Source: a bacterium (lineage in GTDB: Bacteria > DRYD01). Taken from it: a stretch of 59,023 nucleotides of DNA. The notes below the pieces were generated by a model. The model saw nothing but the letters and a program-made list of their open reading frames with translations, did not search any database and was not told the origin of the DNA. Of the stretch, positions 22,721 to 32,807 are shown in pieces (position 1 is the first letter of the stretch; each line of letters opens with the position of its first letter). The stretch is taken from NCBI GenBank assembly GCA_039630415.1, contig JBCNVB010000012.1:1-59023 (forward strand). The letters are read 5' to 3'. The translations under genes and the position numbers were made by a program.

Positions 22721-23950
22721 TTAATTCTTCGCAAAATTATCACATACCTCCTTAATTACTTTTTCTAGTTTATCGGCAAGAACAGTGATAGAATAATTCT
22801 GCAACACATAATCTCTTGCTCTTTTAGACATTTCTTTAAGCTCATTTTCAGGTAGGGAAATTATATACTCTATTGCCTTGGGAATTTGATCTATGTTCTT
22901 AACGGTTACCCCTGCTTGCGCTTCCTCAACTATGTTATTAGGTACATCCGCAAAAAATATTATGGGTTTACCAACAGCCAGATAGTCAAAAATCTTGTTA
23001 GAACTTATTCCATATTTGAAAACATCAGCAACGTGATACAAAAGTATATCAAACTCTAATAACTTATGATATATCTTGTTTTTAGGTACAGCTTCTTCAA
23101 TTTTTATCATTTCCCTTACTTGAGAATCTTGAGTTGAAAGTTTTTCTATCAAGTCCTTTTTATTATATCCACCACCAATAATATGAATTTTGACATTATC
23201 AAAACTTGACCTAATTTTTTTAGCAATATCAAAAATTACCTGAATGTCATTTCCTCTTCCCATAGCCCCAGCATAAGCTATTTTTATACTGTTTGAGTAG
23301 GTTCTGGCTTCATTTTCCATTATACTTTTTATTCTACTGTCATCTATTCCATTAGGTATCCATATTAACTTATCTTCCACCTTAAAATTCTTCATATACT
23401 GATAACTATTAGGTAAGAGAGTTATAATTTTATGAGCTTTTTTATATAAGAACCTCTCAATTATTGAAAGAATAATGATAAAAGGATGCAAGGGACTTAC
23501 TCCCAAATCAATAAGTGCCTTAGGCCAAAGATCTCTAACCTCAAAAATAAACGGAACTTTAAATTTTTTACTAATAAAATAAGCGATTAACGGAGCAAAA
23601 AGATGTACTGAAGATCCTATAACTACATCAGGCTTTTCCAACTTACCTACTTCCAATGCACTTAGCAAAGAATTGTAACTGTATACAAGCATGTTAATTA
23701 CTCTTTTTAAGTCACTCTTCCGATATGCAGGAGTTTTTATCCATATAAACCTTATGCCTTCAATTTCTTCAACTATAAATCTATTTTTATTATAACTTTT
23801 AGTTTCTGATAGGAGTAGATAATGGAAGCTAGAAGCAAAGATGGTTACCCTGTGACCTTTTTTAACTAACTCTTTGGAAAGATCATAATGTCTGGTTCCA
23901 CCCGGATAATTGGGAGTAGTAGCATAGTGATTGAAAATCCAAATGTTCAT
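22721..23950 (-). CDS. Glycosyltransferase family 4 (WbuB-like)
   Basis: NHYA..PGGTRH, FEVRDLWP, IPNG, KIFDYLAVGKP. Confidence 0.9.
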   Translation of the reverse strand: MNIWIFNHYATTPNYPGGTRHYDLSKELVKKGHRVTIFASSFHYLLLSETKSYNKNRFIVEEIEGIRFIWIKTPAYRKSDLKRVINMLVYSYNSLLSALEVGKLEKPDVVIGSSVHLFAPLIAYFISKKFKVPFIFEVRDLWPKALIDLGVSPLHPFIIILSIIERFLYKKAHKIITLLPNSYQYMKNFKVEDKLIWIPNGIDDSRIKSIMENEARTYSNSIKIAYAGAMGRGNDIQVIFDIAKKIRSSFDNVKIHIIGGGYNKKDLIEKLSTQDSQVREMIKIEEAVPKNKIYHKLLEFDILLYHVADVFKYGISSNKIFDYLAVGKPIIFFADVPNNIVEEAQAGVTVKNIDQIPKAIEYIISLPENELKEMSKRARDYVLQNYSITVLADKLEKVIKEVCDNFAKN

Positions 23951-25230
23951 TATACACTTATTTGTTTCCTCATATATTCGATAAACTCTTGATTATTTTT
24001 GGTTTTTTTAATGTATTCTATTATTTTCTGGGTGGCTTCTTCAGTATCTAACTTACTTATTAGCCTTCTAAGAGTCCAAATTACTTGTAGAGTATTAGGA
24101 TCCAGAAGTAATTCTTCATGTCTAGTACCTGACTTGTTTATATCTAAGGCTGGGAATATTCTTTTTTCACTTAACGTCCTTGACAAATGTAACTCCATAT
24201 TACCAGTACCTTTAAATTCTTCGAATATAACTTCATCCATTTTACTACCTGTTTCAACTAAAACAGTAGCTATTATAGTCAAGCTACCTCCATTTTCTAT
24301 TTTCCTTGCTGCTCCAAAGAACTTTTTGGGTCTGTATATAGCTGAGGTATCGAGTCCTCCAGAAAGAGTTCTACCAGTAGGAGGTAAAACTAGGTTACAA
24401 GCTCTAGTTAACCTTGTTAGACTATCCATTATAATAAGAACATCTTTACCTAGTTCAACCATACTCTTAGCTTTCTCAACAGCTAACTCAGTGACTTTGA
24501 GATGCTTCTCTGGTACTTCGTCAAAAGTTGATTTAACAATTTCAGCTTTAATAGATCTAGACATGTCAGTTACTTCTTCTGGTCTTTCATCCACAAGCAA
24601 GGCTATAACATAAACTTCCGGATGATTCTTGTTTACAGCTTGAGCTATTTTCTTTAGAAGAGTAGTTTTACCAGCCCTTGGAGGAGCAACAATCAAAGCT
24701 CTCTGACCCTTCCCTATTGGAGTAAATAAGTCTATTATTCTCAAGGATACATCTCCTGGTATTTCTAGATTAAGTTTCTGATGAGGGAAGATGGGGACAA
24801 GTTTTTCAAAATGCTGTCTTTTTTGAATCTCATCAGGAGTCAAATCAGAAATCTTATATATTATCTGTAAATTTCTATACTTTTCATTTTCTTTAGGAGG
24901 TCTAGCCCATCCAATAACGTAGTCTCCCGTTCTTAAATTATATCTCTTAATCAGATTCATAGAAACATAAACATCTTCGGCTGAAGGATTATAAAACTCT
25001 TTTCTAAGAAATCCATAATTCTCTAGTATCTCCAAAGTTCCCTCAACTTTATCGAATCCATTTGACTTTGCTTCAAATTCTAATATACCTTTTATTAACT
25101 CTTCCCGAGAAGTTTTAGAATTAACTTTCAAGCCTATCGTCCTAGCTATATCTATCAGATCTTCTTTTTGAAATAAAAACAGATTAAGAAATAAATCCTT
25201 ATCGTTTTGTATTTCCCTGGAATCTTTCAT
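23950..25230 (-). CDS. rho: Transcription termination factor Rho
   Basis: YGFLR, PIGKGQR, PPRAGKT, DERPEEVT, DSLTRL, FKGTGNMEL, SGTRHEELL; start placed at the ATGA overlap. Confidence 0.97.
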   Translation of the reverse strand: MKDSREIQNDKDLFLNLFLFQKEDLIDIARTIGLKVNSKTSREELIKGILEFEAKSNGFDKVEGTLEILENYGFLRKEFYNPSAEDVYVSMNLIKRYNLRTGDYVIGWARPPKENEKYRNLQIIYKISDLTPDEIQKRQHFEKLVPIFPHQKLNLEIPGDVSLRIIDLFTPIGKGQRALIVAPPRAGKTTLLKKIAQAVNKNHPEVYVIALLVDERPEEVTDMSRSIKAEIVKSTFDEVPEKHLKVTELAVEKAKSMVELGKDVLIIMDSLTRLTRACNLVLPPTGRTLSGGLDTSAIYRPKKFFGAARKIENGGSLTIIATVLVETGSKMDEVIFEEFKGTGNMELHLSRTLSEKRIFPALDINKSGTRHEELLLDPNTLQVIWTLRRLISKLDTEEATQKIIEYIKKTKNNQEFIEYMRKQISV

Positions 25231-26090
25231 ACATCCCACACTACCTTTTGTAGTTGTTTATTTTTTAAGTTAACAATAATCCATAGTGCAAAAAGTGTAC
25301 AAAGGCTTAACATAATATGCAAAAAACTAATTTGAATTTGTAAACCCAGCATAGGTGCAAATATAACGATTACTCCTACTAACAAATTCAGTACATATGT
25401 GGTGTAGTTGTTTTTTATAATCCAATTAATTAAACCATACAAATAAGTGCAGAAAATGAAAATAGCTAAATAATTAAAAATTTCTACTAAACCTAAATGC
25501 TTAAAAACAAAAAAGTTATACACAAGAAGAATCACTAAAAAGCAAAAACTACAAATAATCGTTTTGGACATTATAAATAAGTTAACATTTTGAACTATTA
25601 TAGCTGTTTTTTTCAATTTTTCTTTATATATGTCCGATGATATGTACGATAGTAATCCCCATATCGACATATTTAAAAGGGAGTAATATAATAGGTCCAA
25701 GTTAAAATTTGCAATTACATTGACCTTTATGGGGTCTACCAGATTGTTATGAGAAAAGTAATATTTGTAGGCTAGAAGATTTAGAATCGGCACAGTTTTA
25801 AGATAATTAAACGAAACCGGTTGTATGTTTATAACCCAGTAATTTTCTTGTGGATCTATAGTTAAAATAACGGAAGGATTATTCTCTACAACTTTTATAG
25901 AATTAGTCTCAAGAAAATCAGTCAAATTTTGCTTAATATTATCAGGTGCATTTATTTTTACTCTTATATCAATCTCTTTCAATGCTTGGTATAAAAAGAA
26001 AAAAATCACATTGCTTAAGATTATTAAGAACAGTGTTTTAGATCTAACAGCAATGAGAAAATCCTTATAGAGTAAATGTAAAAAATTCAT
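25227..26090 (-). CDS. Putative ABC-2 type permease / membrane protein
   Basis: N-terminal KDF..R.K plus one TM, an extracytoplasmic loop, EKLKKT motif, five further TMs. Confidence 0.6.
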   Translation of the reverse strand: MNFLHLLYKDFLIAVRSKTLFLIILSNVIFFFLYQALKEIDIRVKINAPDNIKQNLTDFLETNSIKVVENNPSVILTIDPQENYWVINIQPVSFNYLKTVPILNLLAYKYYFSHNNLVDPIKVNVIANFNLDLLYYSLLNMSIWGLLSYISSDIYKEKLKKTAIIVQNVNLFIMSKTIICSFCFLVILLVYNFFVFKHLGLVEIFNYLAIFIFCTYLYGLINWIIKNNYTTYVLNLLVGVIVIFAPMLGLQIQISFLHIMLSLCTLFALWIIVNLKNKQLQKVVWDV

Positions 26091-26347
26091 GGTATGTATT
26101 GATCTGCTATCAGTTTTAAAATATTCTCTTTCTTAGTATCACCCTCGAAAACAATTTTTATTTTCGAATGGTAAATTTCTTCAAGAGCTCTTTCAAAAGG
26201 CTTGTTAAGCCTATAGTTCATTGTAATTAGTACCTTGTTTTCTATTATTTTTTTAGTTCTAATAGCTGCTGCATTTATAAGAATAAATCTCGAGTTGTTT
26301 GGGGTTTTTGCTATCAATTCGTCATTGGAGGGATAAAATCCATTCAT
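26087..26347 (-). CDS. rpoZ: RNA polymerase omega subunit
   Basis: SRFILINAAAIRTK, KPFERALEEI; follows gmk. Confidence 0.85.
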   Translation of the reverse strand: MNGFYPSNDELIAKTPNNSRFILINAAAIRTKKIIENKVLITMNYRLNKPFERALEEIYHSKIKIVFEGDTKKENILKLIADQYIP

Positions 26348-26380
26348 GATTCTTTCATTTAGTTTTGCGCAAGGATTTTT

Positions 26381-27037
26381 CTATTCCGCTTCCTTGCTAG
26401 CGGATATGCTTAAAAACTGAACTTTAGAACTCATTTTCTGTACTTTTATTATCATTTCTACCTCACTTATACACTTATCCAAATCATCATTAACTACTAT
26501 ATAATCGTAAGCATTTATGTAGTTTATCTCAACCAAGGAAGTAGTTACTCTTTTTAGAATTTCATCGTAGTTTTCTGTATTTCTTTTGTAAAGTCTATTC
26601 AGCAATTCTTTTCCGCTTGGAGGGATTATGTAGATCAGGGTAGTTAAGTTGGGTAACTTACTTTTGACTTGTATAGCACCCTTAACATCTATATCCAGTA
26701 TTACATCTATATTTTTTTCAAGTTTAGATATAGTTTGAGCTTTTGGAGTACCATAGAAATTATCATTAACAATTGCCCACTCTAGGAATTCATCTTTTAG
26801 AATCATTTGTTTAAATGTTTCCTGGTCTACAAAGTAATAGTCTCTGCCCTCTACTTCATTAGGTCTTTTCTTCCTTGTGGTGTAAGATACAGAGAAGTAC
26901 ATATTTTGGTTTCTTTGAAGTAGTTGTTGTATAATAGTTCCTTTACCTACACCTGAGAATCCTGATATGACGAATATATGTCCTTTTGTTGTTATATTAA
27001 ATTTAAATGTTTCGAAGAAGGTTATTAGATCATGCAT
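26381..27037 (-). CDS. gmk: Guanylate kinase
   Basis: SGFSGVGKGT, SVSYTTRKKRPNEVEGRDYYF, YGT, LDIDVKG. Confidence 0.96.
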   Translation of the reverse strand: MHDLITFFETFKFNITTKGHIFVISGFSGVGKGTIIQQLLQRNQNMYFSVSYTTRKKRPNEVEGRDYYFVDQETFKQMILKDEFLEWAIVNDNFYGTPKAQTISKLEKNIDVILDIDVKGAIQVKSKLPNLTTLIYIIPPSGKELLNRLYKRNTENYDEILKRVTTSLVEINYINAYDYIVVNDDLDKCISEVEMIIKVQKMSSKVQFLSISASKEAE

Positions 27038-27058
27038 GGGGTTATGGGTATTGGGAAG

Positions 27059-27131
27059 CTCCAGCGGCAGGACTCGAACCTGCGACCCGGTGCTTAACAG
27101 GCACCTGCTCTACCACCTGAGCTACGCTGGA
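27059..27131 (-). tRNA. tRNA-Asn(GTT), CCA not encoded
   Basis: Reverse complement TCCAGCG TAGCTCAGGTGGTAGAGC AGGTGC CTGTTAA GCACC GGGTC GCAGG TTCGAGT CCTGC CGCTGGA G forms a full cloverleaf. Confidence 0.95.
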
Positions 27132-27153
27132 TCACTTATATATTTCTATCTTA

Positions 27154-27759
27154 TCATGAATTTTCCTTTCTATAGTTACCTGCTCTTATTTTTTCCTGCA
27201 GAACCATACATCCGTGTAAAAGAGCTTCTGGCCTTGGAGGACAACCCGGAACATACACATCTACAGGTACTATTACATCAGCCCCAGGCAATACAGAATA
27301 ACATTGGTAAACATAAGGTCCTCCTCTTATGGTACATGTTCCCATTGCTATGACATACTTAGGATGAGGCATTTGTTCATAGAGAACTCTAACCCTTGGT
27401 GCCATTTTCCATGTAATAGTTCCTGCTAGAATCATTAGATCAGCTTGTCTAGGTGAGGCTCTAAATGGCATACCTAACCTTTCAAAATCAAATCTTGATG
27501 CTCCAGTAGCCATCATCTCTATAGCACAACAGGCTAAACCAAATAATAAATACCATAATGAGCTTGCTCTTGACCACCTTAAAATATCATCCACTTTTGT
27601 TATTATTAACTGACCACCAGGTAGACTCTCTAGGTAAATCGGTATCTTGTCCTTTATTGAAAACTCTTTCAAAGCAGATAATCTTGATAGAGTGGGTATT
27701 ACTTCTGTTCTACTAGAAGGTATCGGAAGTTCCGATCTATTGTTTATTTCAAAATTCAT
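27154..27759 (-). CDS. nuoB: NADH-quinone oxidoreductase subunit B
   Basis: [39 protein letters not shown]; start at ATG 27759 behind GGAGGTG. Confidence 0.95.
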   Translation of the reverse strand: MNFEINNRSELPIPSSRTEVIPTLSRLSALKEFSIKDKIPIYLESLPGGQLIITKVDDILRWSRASSLWYLLFGLACCAIEMMATGASRFDFERLGMPFRASPRQADLMILAGTITWKMAPRVRVLYEQMPHPKYVIAMGTCTIRGGPYVYQCYSVLPGADVIVPVDVYVPGCPPRPEALLHGCMVLQEKIRAGNYRKENS

Positions 27760-27764
27760 AAAAT

Positions 27765-28163
27765 TCACCTCCACCTTAAGCCATCACTAGATATAGCATA
27801 ATATAATCCAACTAACAATATCGCTATAAATATGACCATCTCCAAAAGTGTAATCCATCCTATTGCTTGTAAAGTTATAACCCAAGGAATAAAGAATAAA
27901 ACCTCTATGTCAAATATTACAAATAGTAGTGCATACATGTAGTAATGAATATTATATTGAAATCTTGCTGGAATGGGGTTTATTTCTCCCGATTCATACG
28001 GTGCATTTCTCCATTGCTTGAATATCTTTAATTTCTCATCTTTTTCTTCCCAATCCCTGGGAGAAAGTATTAGGGGTATTATTATGTTAAATATGGAAAA
28101 TATTAGTGCTAACGCGGTTATAAAAAATATGAAGAAATACGCAAAATTCATCTGTATTAGCAT
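27765..28163 (-). CDS. nuoA: NADH-quinone oxidoreductase subunit A
   Basis: [19 protein letters not shown], 3 TM, GLRW. Confidence 0.93.
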   Translation of the reverse strand: MLIQMNFAYFFIFFITALALIFSIFNIIIPLILSPRDWEEKDEKLKIFKQWRNAPYESGEINPIPARFQYNIHYYMYALLFVIFDIEVLFFIPWVITLQAIGWITLLEMVIFIAILLVGLYYAISSDGLRWR

Positions 28164-28197
28164 ACCTTACCTCCGATTTACTTTTGGATTATTTTGA

Positions 28198-29211
28198 TCA
28201 CCTACTTCTAGGTTCTAATTTTACATTAACTACTTTCATGACATTGTTTGAGTAGTAAGTTACTTTAACGGATTCTCCTGGTTTTTTAGATTCAATTATG
28301 GTATTAAATTTAGCTATGCTATCAACTACTTTATCGTCTAGTTTTATTATTATGTCGCCTGGCATTATACCGTGTTTTTCTGCTGGTCCATCTGGGACTA
28401 CAGATTTAACATATATTCCGTAGTTTACTGGTAATGCATACCTTTCCGCTATTTGTGGAGTTACTTCGATTGCTTGTATTCCTAGCCAAGCTCTTTGAGG
28501 AAGAAGTACTCTTCCCTTTAGTATATCATTGGCTACAGCTCTTGCTTTATTTGAAGTAATTGCAAATCCAACTCCTTCAACTCCACTTTTTCCCCTGTAT
28601 ACTAATGTATTTATACCTATTACTTGTCCTGAAGTATTAATTAATGGTCCTCCTGAGTTACCTTTGTTTATTGCTGCATCAGTTTGAATTAGTCCCTCGT
28701 ATATTCTGTTATCAGCTTTTATATTTCTACCTAGTCCACTAACAATTCCTATTGTACAAGTCCATCCAAAATTAAGAGGGTTACCCACTGCTATTACAGT
28801 TTGTCCCAATTTTAGCTTAGTGGCATCTCCGAATTCTGCTGGAACTATATCTAGTCCTACCGGATCAACCTTTAAAACTGCTATGTCATTTTGATCAGAG
28901 TAATCAATTAGTACTCCTACTTTCTTTTTTCCGTCGTAGAAGGTTATGTTTATTGTTTCTGTGTCTTTGATAACATGTGCATTGGTTAAGATATGTCCTT
29001 CTTTGCTAAATACAATTCCGGAGCCCAACTCTTTAGGTTTTCCTTCTTCAGACCATGCATCTATTCTGACAACAGATCTTTTAACCTTTTCTATAGCATT
29101 AATTATTCTTTGTTCATGGTCTGAGTATGCTTTTTCTGATAGGGTAATTATAGTTATTTGTTGTAGGATAATGATTACTAGCAGTATGGAAATTAAGATT
29201 TTATGTACCAT
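28198..29211 (-). CDS. HtrA/DegP-family serine protease with one PDZ domain
   Basis: LTNAHV, DIAVLK, QTDAAINKGNSGGPL, C-terminal PDZ, signal peptide. Confidence 0.93.
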   Translation of the reverse strand: MVHKILISILLVIIILQQITIITLSEKAYSDHEQRIINAIEKVKRSVVRIDAWSEEGKPKELGSGIVFSKEGHILTNAHVIKDTETINITFYDGKKKVGVLIDYSDQNDIAVLKVDPVGLDIVPAEFGDATKLKLGQTVIAVGNPLNFGWTCTIGIVSGLGRNIKADNRIYEGLIQTDAAINKGNSGGPLINTSGQVIGINTLVYRGKSGVEGVGFAITSNKARAVANDILKGRVLLPQRAWLGIQAIEVTPQIAERYALPVNYGIYVKSVVPDGPAEKHGIMPGDIIIKLDDKVVDSIAKFNTIIESKKPGESVKVTYYSNNVMKVVNVKLEPRSR

Positions 29212-29222
29212 TAAGTGATATT

Positions 29223-29294
29223 AGGCGACGCCGGGATTCGAACCCGGGAATGGAGGCTTTGCAGGCCCCTGCCTTGCCACTTGGCTACGTCGCC
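29223..29294 (-). tRNA. tRNA-Cys(GCA), CCA not encoded
   Basis: Reverse complement GGCGACG TAGCCAAGTGGCAAGGCA GGGGC CTGCAAA GCCTC CATT CCCGGG TTCGAAT CCCGG CGTCGCC T; U discriminator typical of Cys. Confidence 0.95.
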
Positions 29295-29333
29295 TCAAAT
29301 ATAAAATTCCCCACTACCCCACTTTCCCCTTTC

Positions 29334-30575
29334 CTACATTCTTTCAACTCCACCTATTATACTTGCTACAGGTAAAAATACCGCTAGCACTATTAAACCA
29401 ACTGCCAAACCCATAAATATGATTAATGCAGGCTCAAATAACGATAGTAAACTGGAAATCTTTGACCTTATTTCAAACTCTAAATTATAGCACATTTTTT
29501 CTATCATTCTAACTAATTCTCCTGTTTCCTCACCTGTCTTGATCATATCTATAAAAAATGATGAGAAAAACTTAGTTTTGTATAATGCGGTAGATAAGTA
29601 TTCTCCTTCCTTAAGATATTTTTGGATTGTAATTGCTACTTCTTTCATTATTCCACTATCAAAAGATTGTTCTAGATTTCTCAATCCCTCTAGAAAAGAC
29701 ATTCCACTTTTCAAAATTAGGAGCAAAGAGGTAGCAAATCTCAGTTCGTATGTTCTGTGTAGTATAGATCCCAGATAGGGTATTGATATAAGAATTTTTT
29801 CTACAAATATTTTTATGCCTGGAGATATAGATGTAAATAGTTTGAAAAATAACGCTATGGATAATAGAGTACTAAAACCAACTGTCATAACAAATGGATT
29901 GGATAAGAAACTAGAAATTGATATAAGAACCATAGTTATAAATGGCATAGAGATTTCAAATCCTTGCATTATCTCAACCAACTTAGGAAAAACAAAAACT
30001 ATCAATCCCCATAGTATTAGTAATGTTAGAGCAAGAACAAAAAATGGATATACTAATGAAGATACTAGTTTACTTCTTATTCTATATTCTTCTTCCTGAT
30101 ATTTAGCTAATTGGTCTACTATATCAAACAGTTGTCCTGTTTTTTCACCTATTTTGATAAGAGAAATATATACAGGGCTAAAGACTTTTGTATATCTTTG
30201 AAGGGCAGAACTTATTGCGTTACCAGATTTTAAATTTTCCTTTATTACTAAGCATATTAGAGCTAGCTTTTTATTAGAAGTAGATAAAGCTATTACGTCG
30301 AATAGCCTTACTATAGGAAATCCTACCTTAAGCATTTCTGCAACTTGCCTAGTAAATAACATTACTTCCTGTTTTGATAAGGATACAAAATTTGATATTA
30401 TAAAATGTTGCCATTTTGTTAGTTCTTTTACCTTTATGTTTTTGTAACCTCCTCCTTTTAGGATTTTTGCAGCTTCTTTTTCAGAAAGTGCTTCTATCAA
30501 GCCAGCATGTTTTATACCCGCTTCATCATAAGCAACATAATTATATATCCTTACTTTACTTTTACTATCCGTCAT
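29334..30575 (-). CDS. Type IV pilus PilC / T2SS GspF family platform protein
   Basis: FTRQ, GEKTG, SSLVYP, GEETG, LFEP; duplicated T2SSF domains. Confidence 0.9.
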   Translation of the reverse strand: MTDSKSKVRIYNYVAYDEAGIKHAGLIEALSEKEAAKILKGGGYKNIKVKELTKWQHFIISNFVSLSKQEVMLFTRQVAEMLKVGFPIVRLFDVIALSTSNKKLALICLVIKENLKSGNAISSALQRYTKVFSPVYISLIKIGEKTGQLFDIVDQLAKYQEEEYRIRSKLVSSLVYPFFVLALTLLILWGLIVFVFPKLVEIMQGFEISMPFITMVLISISSFLSNPFVMTVGFSTLLSIALFFKLFTSISPGIKIFVEKILISIPYLGSILHRTYELRFATSLLLILKSGMSFLEGLRNLEQSFDSGIMKEVAITIQKYLKEGEYLSTALYKTKFFSSFFIDMIKTGEETGELVRMIEKMCYNLEFEIRSKISSLLSLFEPALIIFMGLAVGLIVLAVFLPVASIIGGVERM

Positions 30576-30643
30576 AACCCACTATAACCCATTATATTAT
30601 TTGCAATTCTAGATAAACTACCTTTTGAATAGATAAGGCTTAA

Positions 30644-32767
30644 CTACTGTCTTATATCAATTATATTAGGTATTTTTTTTAATAGTAAAACTTTAAGCTT
30701 CTCTACGTTTATGTTTTTTGGTATTTCTATTGCTAAGTTGATAAATGCTATATTATTTTTAGCCTCTGCATTTATACTAATTATATTTACAGTTTTGGAG
30801 GATAGGATACTTAGTATTTCTTGAAGTAGTCCTTTTTTATCTGAAGCTATTATTTCAAATGATAGTGGTTTTTTATCTTTTATATCTTCCCAGGATAAAT
30901 TTATTAGTTTGCCTTCTAAATTTAGATCTGAATTTAAATTTTGTATGTTTTTGCAGTTTAAGTTATGTATTGATATTCCATTTCCCCTGGTTATATACCC
31001 TATTATTGGTTCAGGATAGACAGGATTACAGCATTTTGCAAACCTGTAAAGTACGCTACTACCTAGTCTTACCCTATGTATGTTCTTTATAGCTCTTTGA
31101 TTTTTCTGATTTTTCTTTTCGCTAAGTATATGTTTTACTTTTGATTCTATAGATTCATATTTTATGTTACCTGAACCGATTGATAGGACGAAGTCTTCCA
31201 TTTCCTTGTAGGCATTTTTATAATATCTTTCAAATATCTCATTTAGCAAATTTTGAATATCTGTAGTATTTTCTTTTATTGACTTTAGTATATCAGATAG
31301 TATTTCATAGGCTTTCTGAATATATTGTTTTTTATTCTTCTGTTTTAGGAATTGCTTTATTCTACTTCTTGCATAGCTTGTTTTTGCTATCTTTAACCAT
31401 TCAATAGTGGGTGATGAATTTTTCGAAGTAATTATTTCTACAATATCTCCATTTTGTAGTTTATAGTCCAAAGGAACTATTCTACCGTTTACTTTACATC
31501 CAGCACATTTATTTCCTACTTCAGTATGTATTTTGTAAGCAAAATCAATTGGTGTGGAATCTACAGGCAGGTCTATACAATCTCCCTTTGGAGTAAAGAC
31601 AAAAACATTTTCATTTAGAACTTCATCGGCTATATTTTCTATGTTTTCCAGACCTTCTAGTTCCTTTTTCCAGTTGTTTATTATTTTTTCAACATCTCCC
31701 CAAGAAGAAATACCCTTATATCTCCAGTGAGATGCTATACCGTATTCTGCAGAATAGTGCATATCCCATGTTCTTATTTGAAATTCTATTGGATACTTGT
31801 CATATACTACTGTATGCAAAGATTGATATCCATTAGGTTTAGGCTTGGCTATATAATCTTTTATTCTATCTGTGATAGGCATCCACATGTTGTGGATTAT
31901 ACCCAAAACCAAATAGCATTCCGCTACAGAATTGAGTATAACCCTTATCGCTCCTATGTCCATTATCTGATCGATCGGTACTCCCCTTTTGTGTATCTTG
32001 TTGTATACACTGTAAACCGTTTTTATTCTACTTTGAATGGTAGATTTTATGCTATTTTCATCTAACTTTTGTTGGAGTAAATCTACAATTCTTTGGTAAT
32101 CTTGTTCTATTTGCGTTCTTATTTGATCTATATGGGATTTTATTAGGTTATAGTTTTGGGGATCATAAACTTGGAAAGCTATGTCCTCCATCTCAGATTT
32201 TATTTTCCAAATGCCCAGCTTTTGAGCTATAGGTACATAAAACTCCAGTGTTTCCAATGCCATTCTTTTTTGCTTTTCCTGATCTAGGTATTGTATTGTC
32301 CTTAAGTTATGTAATCTATCTGCCAGTTTTATTATTATTACTCTAATATCTTTACATGTACTTACAAATAATCTCTTCAGGTTCAGTAGTGTTATTTCTC
32401 TGTTTGTACCACTATATATATTCTTATCGATAAATGGTGTTATTTTTTGTAATTTAGTTAAACTCTCTACGATAAATCCGATCTCTTTGCCAAAGTTTTG
32501 ATATATATCAGAAATTTTTACGCTGGTATCTTCAACTACGTCATGCAACAAAGCTGAGGCTATTGCTACACTATCCATGTTAAAATCAGTTAGTATTATT
32601 GCTACTTCTAAGGGATGAATTACATATGGTTCTCCAGAAATTCTTTTTTGTGCTCTGTGATGGTATTCTGCAAATTTAAAAGCTTTCTCGATTATTTGAA
32701 TATCAGAAATGTATTTTTTTAGTTTATTGACCAATGTTTGGTATAAAATTTCTATTTTGCTAATCAC
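30644..32767 (-). CDS. Bifunctional (p)ppGpp synthetase/hydrolase (long RSH)
   Basis: SGEPYVIHP, intact HDVVED hydrolase motif, KLADRLHN, GYQSLHT, EFQIRT, TGS, CC and ACT domains. Confidence 0.95.
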   Translation of the reverse strand: MISKIEILYQTLVNKLKKYISDIQIIEKAFKFAEYHHRAQKRISGEPYVIHPLEVAIILTDFNMDSVAIASALLHDVVEDTSVKISDIYQNFGKEIGFIVESLTKLQKITPFIDKNIYSGTNREITLLNLKRLFVSTCKDIRVIIIKLADRLHNLRTIQYLDQEKQKRMALETLEFYVPIAQKLGIWKIKSEMEDIAFQVYDPQNYNLIKSHIDQIRTQIEQDYQRIVDLLQQKLDENSIKSTIQSRIKTVYSVYNKIHKRGVPIDQIMDIGAIRVILNSVAECYLVLGIIHNMWMPITDRIKDYIAKPKPNGYQSLHTVVYDKYPIEFQIRTWDMHYSAEYGIASHWRYKGISSWGDVEKIINNWKKELEGLENIENIADEVLNENVFVFTPKGDCIDLPVDSTPIDFAYKIHTEVGNKCAGCKVNGRIVPLDYKLQNGDIVEIITSKNSSPTIEWLKIAKTSYARSRIKQFLKQKNKKQYIQKAYEILSDILKSIKENTTDIQNLLNEIFERYYKNAYKEMEDFVLSIGSGNIKYESIESKVKHILSEKKNQKNQRAIKNIHRVRLGSSVLYRFAKCCNPVYPEPIIGYITRGNGISIHNLNCKNIQNLNSDLNLEGKLINLSWEDIKDKKPLSFEIIASDKKGLLQEILSILSSKTVNIISINAEAKNNIAFINLAIEIPKNINVEKLKVLLLKKIPNIIDIRQ

Positions 32768-32807
32768 TTTGTCCCACTTTTTGATTTGTACAATTTTATA
32801 CTATTTC

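Noticed and set aside
26967-27353. 128-aa + strand ORF
   Set aside because: It is antisense to gmk, tRNA-Asn and nuoB; the GRTRTCDP text is simply the reverse strand of the tRNA.
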